This document shows positions 59,201 to 64,000 of a stretch of DNA of 64,000 nt, one piece after another (position 1 is the stretch's first letter; each line of letters opens with the position of its first letter). The notes under the pieces were generated by a model, which saw only the letters and a program-made list of their open reading frames with translations, was not told the origin of the DNA and searched no databases. The stretch comes from Rotaria socialis (Eukaryota), in NCBI GenBank assembly GCA_905331295.1, contig CAJNYD010000550.1, positions 50,606 through 114,605 of the forward strand, in the 5' to 3' direction. A program made the translations under genes and the position numbers.

Positions 59201-62200
59201 AACTCTACCAACGAACGAGCATATATATATATAATACATACATATAGACACTTACATTCACGTATAAAATGTATGTTTGAGCAAACCTGAAGAACCAACA
59301 TACACGTCTATAAATAAATAAAAACTAATAAATATAATGGTGAACATTGAATGTCAATCCAGTTCATTTCTATTTGACGATCCATCAAGTTCCCTACGTA
59401 AAATGACTTCAACTATCAATCTCTACGATTATTTAACATCGAATATTTCATTTAAAACACTGTTCAATCATACTGGTGATGATGACGATGACGATGATGA
59501 TGATGATCAATTAAATGCAACAAGTCCAATAACAATGACAAGTTCCGATAGTAGTGATAGTGCTATTGTCTCGGATGATATCGATGATAATGATTTGGCA
59601 AGTGAAGAAAACCCTATCGTTCATACTTCATGGCCTACGATAATTAAAAAATCGAATATATCAATAACATCAACGGTTACATCGCTTTCAAAATCATTTG
59701 ATATTCTAAATAATCTCGAATCAACAACGATTTCCGAATATAAATCACAACACGATCGTAATCAAGAAAAATATAAACGACCTTTACCTTGGCTAAATGC
59801 TACATTGCCTAATCATCATTCGACTCCTCCTGGTCTTGAATTAACAACAAATAAGGTTTTTTCCTCCGCCATAGAGATTGGTTGATTGATTGATTGATTG
59901 AAGAAAAATCATAAAATTAATAAATATGAAATAATAATGTTATGATTTTTTTTTTGCTTTATAGGATTATGTTTCACTTGTCCGTGAACTTGCTCAACTA
60001 CGTGAACAATTAACTGAAAGAGAGGATGAAGTTACTGAACTTAAAGCTGAACGTAATAATACACGAGTAAGTTTAGAGGATTGAGAATTTTTTCTTTTTG
60101 AATTAAATATTTTTTGATTTTAGTTGCTTCTTGAACATTTGGAACAACTTGTTGCTCGACATGAAAGATCAATTCGAACAACAGTTATGCGTAGACAAGC
60201 TCAAGGTGTTTCATCTGAGGTTGAAGTACTCAAAGCACTTAAATCTTTATTTGAACATCATAAAGCATTGGATGAAAAAGTATAATAATAAATATTCTTC
60301 TTTAAAAAGAAAAAAACGCATCTCTCTGGCTTTTTTAAGGTTCGTGAACGTCTTAAAGTTGAAATTGAAAAAAATACTCAACTCAAAGATGAACTTGAAA
60401 AAACAAAGAATGAAGTAATCGAAATGTTTTTATTTATTCTTAAAACAATTTAGAACATGAGAAACGACAGCTATTTGTCTCGCTTCATCAGTTCGATAGA
60501 ATTGAGTTCAGTGATTTCATTAGGATGCATAGGACGGATATCTGTGCAAACAAGAATCTTCAACTAAGTTGTTTTAAAGGATAGATCAATTCATTGTTTT
60601 CTTTTTTTTTAGTTGGCTGGCGTTCGTGAAACACAACAAGCAAAAGTGATCGATATCAATCAATTAAAAGTAAATAAAGTCTTGTCAAATATTCTTTGCT
60701 TTTATTTACATTGACTGTTCGTTTTATTTTACAGACGATGTCAAATGGTACAATCGATCCTGACTCTTTGGCTGGTAAACTAATTGAAATGCAAGAACTA
60801 ATGGATAATCAATGTAATGAATTAATATCTTGTCGTGCACGTGTACACGAATTAATGAATCGTAATAAGGAGTTAGAAGAGCGTGCGTGTTTATTTCAAC
60901 GTGATCTATCTCATTCACATGAACAAATAAATAAATATCAACGTGATTTAAAAGAATCTCAAGCACAAAAAGAAGATCAAGAAGAACGAATATCAACATT
61001 AGAAAAACGTTATTTAAGCATTCAAAAAGAAACAACACATCTAACAGAATTCAATAGTCGACTAGAAAATGAATTAGCTACCAAAGAAAATCAATTTATG
61101 CATGTAAGAATCAAGCTTTTTTCGCCTTCCATTTTCCTAAGGATGCGATGATCTTTAAGAAGTAAAGACTCTTGGGAATTTTGGAGTAGGCAGATCTTGA
61201 TGAGTTGTATGACAGTTGTTCTAGATTGGACATTCTTTCATACCTATTAATAGCAAACATCGATCCTCTTTCATTTACTCATAATATGTTTTATTAGATC
61301 TACCAGTTGTTTTTACATACATCGGATATTATTTTGGTTTCCCAAGGATGTTGTTGGCGAATTCCTATGACTTTTTCTTTTCATAGAAAAACATAATACT
61401 TTTTTTGTATAACCAGAAGAAATTATTTGAAGTGTTTTGTTTTAAACGAAATTCAATAGATCTAATGGAGAGGAAATTTCTGGAGAATATTTATTCCTGA
61501 TCTAAGTGCGTGTCTTCCTTATTTATTTAGGCCGAAGAAAAATATCAAGCTCTACAAGAAAAATATGATTTATTAGAACAAAAACTTCAATCTCAAAATG
61601 AAGGTGATTCATCAGGTAAACAAAATGGCATTACAATTCCAAATAATCTTAATGGATCGTCTATGCAAATGTATTCGAACAGTGCAAATACTGATGATAA
61701 ATTACACCAGCTTCAAAGTGAATTTGATGATCTCAAAATGGAATTAACTCGAGTAATACATAGAAAAATTCTAATAAACTAAATTTTCATTGTGAGCTTT
61801 TGTTTTTTTCGTAAAGGCTCGTCAGCGTGAAAAAGTAACCGATGAACATAATACACGTTTATCAGCGACTGTTGATAAACTACTTGCTGAATCAAATGAA
61901 CGTTTACAAGTACAATTACGTGAACGTATGCAAACATTAGAAGAGAAAAATACTCTTGTACAAGAAAGTGAAAAACTTAAAAAACAATTAGAAGAAACAC
62001 AAACTGATCGAGTAAGAAACGAAAATTTTCATTTCTTTTCTTTGGTATTCTTAAGTTTCGTAATTTTTAGACAAAACTACTTGACGAAATTGATAAACTT
62101 AAAAATGAACTTGAAAATGTTCGCAAAGAATTACAACGTTTACAACAACAACAACAACAGCAACAGCAACAGAAAAAGTAAAACGAATTAATATTAATTA

Positions 62201-64000
62201 GTTCTTTTTTAAAATAAAACTTTTCTTCTAAGTGAGTCAATACAAACGTCTGTGCCCAACGATTTTGTCACAAGTACAACTGAATCAAATAATCGTGTAT
62301 CACCTTCAACACGTGTTGTTAAAACAGTTCCAACAGTAACCGATCATATTTTTAAAGTAATATCTTTAATTTAAGTCCTATTGCTTATATACTTTTCCCC
62401 CCATCTAATAGACATCTGAAGCTGATTGGGATACAATCGATCAAGCTCAAGTTATAAATGATGTTCGTTTAGCATTTGAATCATCAGATGTTGAATTAAC
62501 AACTGATGATGAAGATTCGTTATATCAACATCATCCGGTGACAATTAATAATGGAAATCTTCCAACACAATCAACGCATAACGACGCGCAAACGTTGGCA
62601 CTTGTTCTACAAGAACAACTTGATGCTATTAATAATGAAATTCGAATGATACAAGCAGAAAAAGTCGATGCTGAATTACGTGCTGAAGAACTCGAATCAC
62701 GTGTTGTTGGTAATGTTGTTTATCATCTAGCTGATGAGGATATTGATGATGATGATGATGACAATGATAATGATTTAAATACTCACCATCATAGACATCA
62801 CCCACAAGGAATATCGAATGGAACAATGCCACATTATCATTCTCATTTATCACAGCGTTATTTAAGAAATGCATCACCGCCAACAACATCAACATTAAAT
62901 ACAAATACACATTTCCCAGGACGATTAACACCATATTCAACAACACCGGGAAAATCTTATAAATTTAATACAGTAACATAATCAATTTTTCGAAAAAATA
63001 TCATTATATACATATATATATATATTATTCATTAGGCTCCACCTGGTATGACAGCTGCAAATATGTATCAATATAATCTAGGCTCTGATCCAATCAACAT
63101 GAATGTAAGTAGAATTTCGTTCATGTTCGAACTTTGGTTTGTTTTTTTCATAATATTGTATTCAATAGGAATACGATCATACTTTACATCATCAATCTCC
63201 ACGTACATTTCGTAATGATTATGGACCAGGAACACGCTATTTAAAATGTGAATCAAGTCCGCCAGTAACGCCACCTCGAGTTACAACAAACATTCGAACA
63301 GCTACACCACATCATATTTATCATACATCGTCGAGTATTCAAAATCAGTATAGAATAAATACAAATATGTCGAGAACAAATCCACAACACATCGACGATA
63401 ATACTAGGCACTATTAGTAAGTAACGAACAGCAATGTTCGTTGTAAGCTGTCTGAGTCCACGTTGACAAAGATTAGATGAATCGTGATTTTTACGAACTA
63501 AAATTATTTCGACGTTGATGTATAAGATCATTAAAGTGTTTATTTTACTTGTACAACTGTTGTTCTTAACGGTTGTTGTCAGCGTGTTGAGTGTCAGTTT
63601 ATCGCTGCGACTGACTGCTGATATACAATGTTTACGTGCGACTATTTTTATTCGAGTTTTCACTAATGAATTTCATTAAGCGAGTACGATGAGCTCATCT
63701 CTGTACAGAATTAGCACTAATATTTTTGCTTTTTGCAAACCAATAGTCCGATATAAAAAAGGCAATTTTGAATAGACTCAATATTGATAGAATTTGTTAT
63801 ATCCTTGGAAATCTCATGACAATCTAATTATTATTGATCCTGCCTGTGACTCGTTTTTTTCACTGCTCACCTGGTGCCGTGCGAACCCCTACAGATAAAA
63901 TAAATAGATTACACAATCATATTATTATTTTATCATGGTCATGTGAAGATTTGATTATCATAAGAGCAAACAAAAAATAAATAAAGTTCGACTCAACTTT
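56294..64000 (+). CDS. PPFIA: Liprin-alpha (PPFIA/SYD-2), 3' partial; last visible exon ends ~63420
   Basis: [140 protein letters not shown] domains are not yet reached in the window. Confidence 0.96.
56897..57574. mobile_element. Non-autonomous hAT-like element in liprin-alpha intron 2
   Basis: TIR CAGGG(GG)TGGCCAGATC ... GATCTGGCCACCCTG. Degenerate 8-bp TSD GTTTATAC / ATTCACAC (5/8, all transitions). Subterminal AAATCAGAA repeats at both ends. Confidence 0.8.
59040..59170 (+). repeat. GA-rich purine tract upstream of the putative alternative liprin first exon
   Basis: (GA)n/GAAA-rich low-complexity run about 170-300 bp before ATG 59337. Confidence 0.7.
59337..59855 (+). CDS. Putative alternative first coding exon of liprin-alpha (173 codons, acidic/Ser-Thr-rich)
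   Basis: Long stop-free frame from ATG inside an intron. Phase-0 donor AAG|GTTTTT at 59856 fits the phase-0 acceptor at 59964 used by the canonical isoform. Confidence 0.7.

Overview
AT-rich, intron-dense metazoan genomic DNA. The 45-70 nt introns, gene content and CpG-rich MITEs suggest a bdelloid rotifer (Rotaria/Adineta-like); this is inference. I assembled 11 spliced genes by hand, all on the + strand: an unknown coiled-coil protein, eIF4E, DPYD, prefoldin 1, adenosine kinase, an SPOP-like MATH-BTB protein, beta-TrCP, a class A GPCR, COPB2, a PNLDC1/Trimmer-like nuclease and liprin-alpha (3' partial). A ~15.8 kb interval with no intact gene (36.4-52.2 kb) holds a MULE transposase remnant, several CCC...GGG-ended non-autonomous elements and a 100-N gap. 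Best leads: (1) operon-like packing, especially the 109-bp PFDN1-ADK spacer with AATAAA, T-rich tract and a 3' splice site just before the ATG, compatible with SL trans-spliced polycistrons; (2) a ~200-aa Cys-motif insertion inside the BTB domain of the SPOP-like protein, which also has an altered MATH groove; (3) MITEs with related termini but different CpG-palindrome arrays; (4) an intronic alternative first exon of liprin-alpha. Boundaries were read by eye and no database searches were run.
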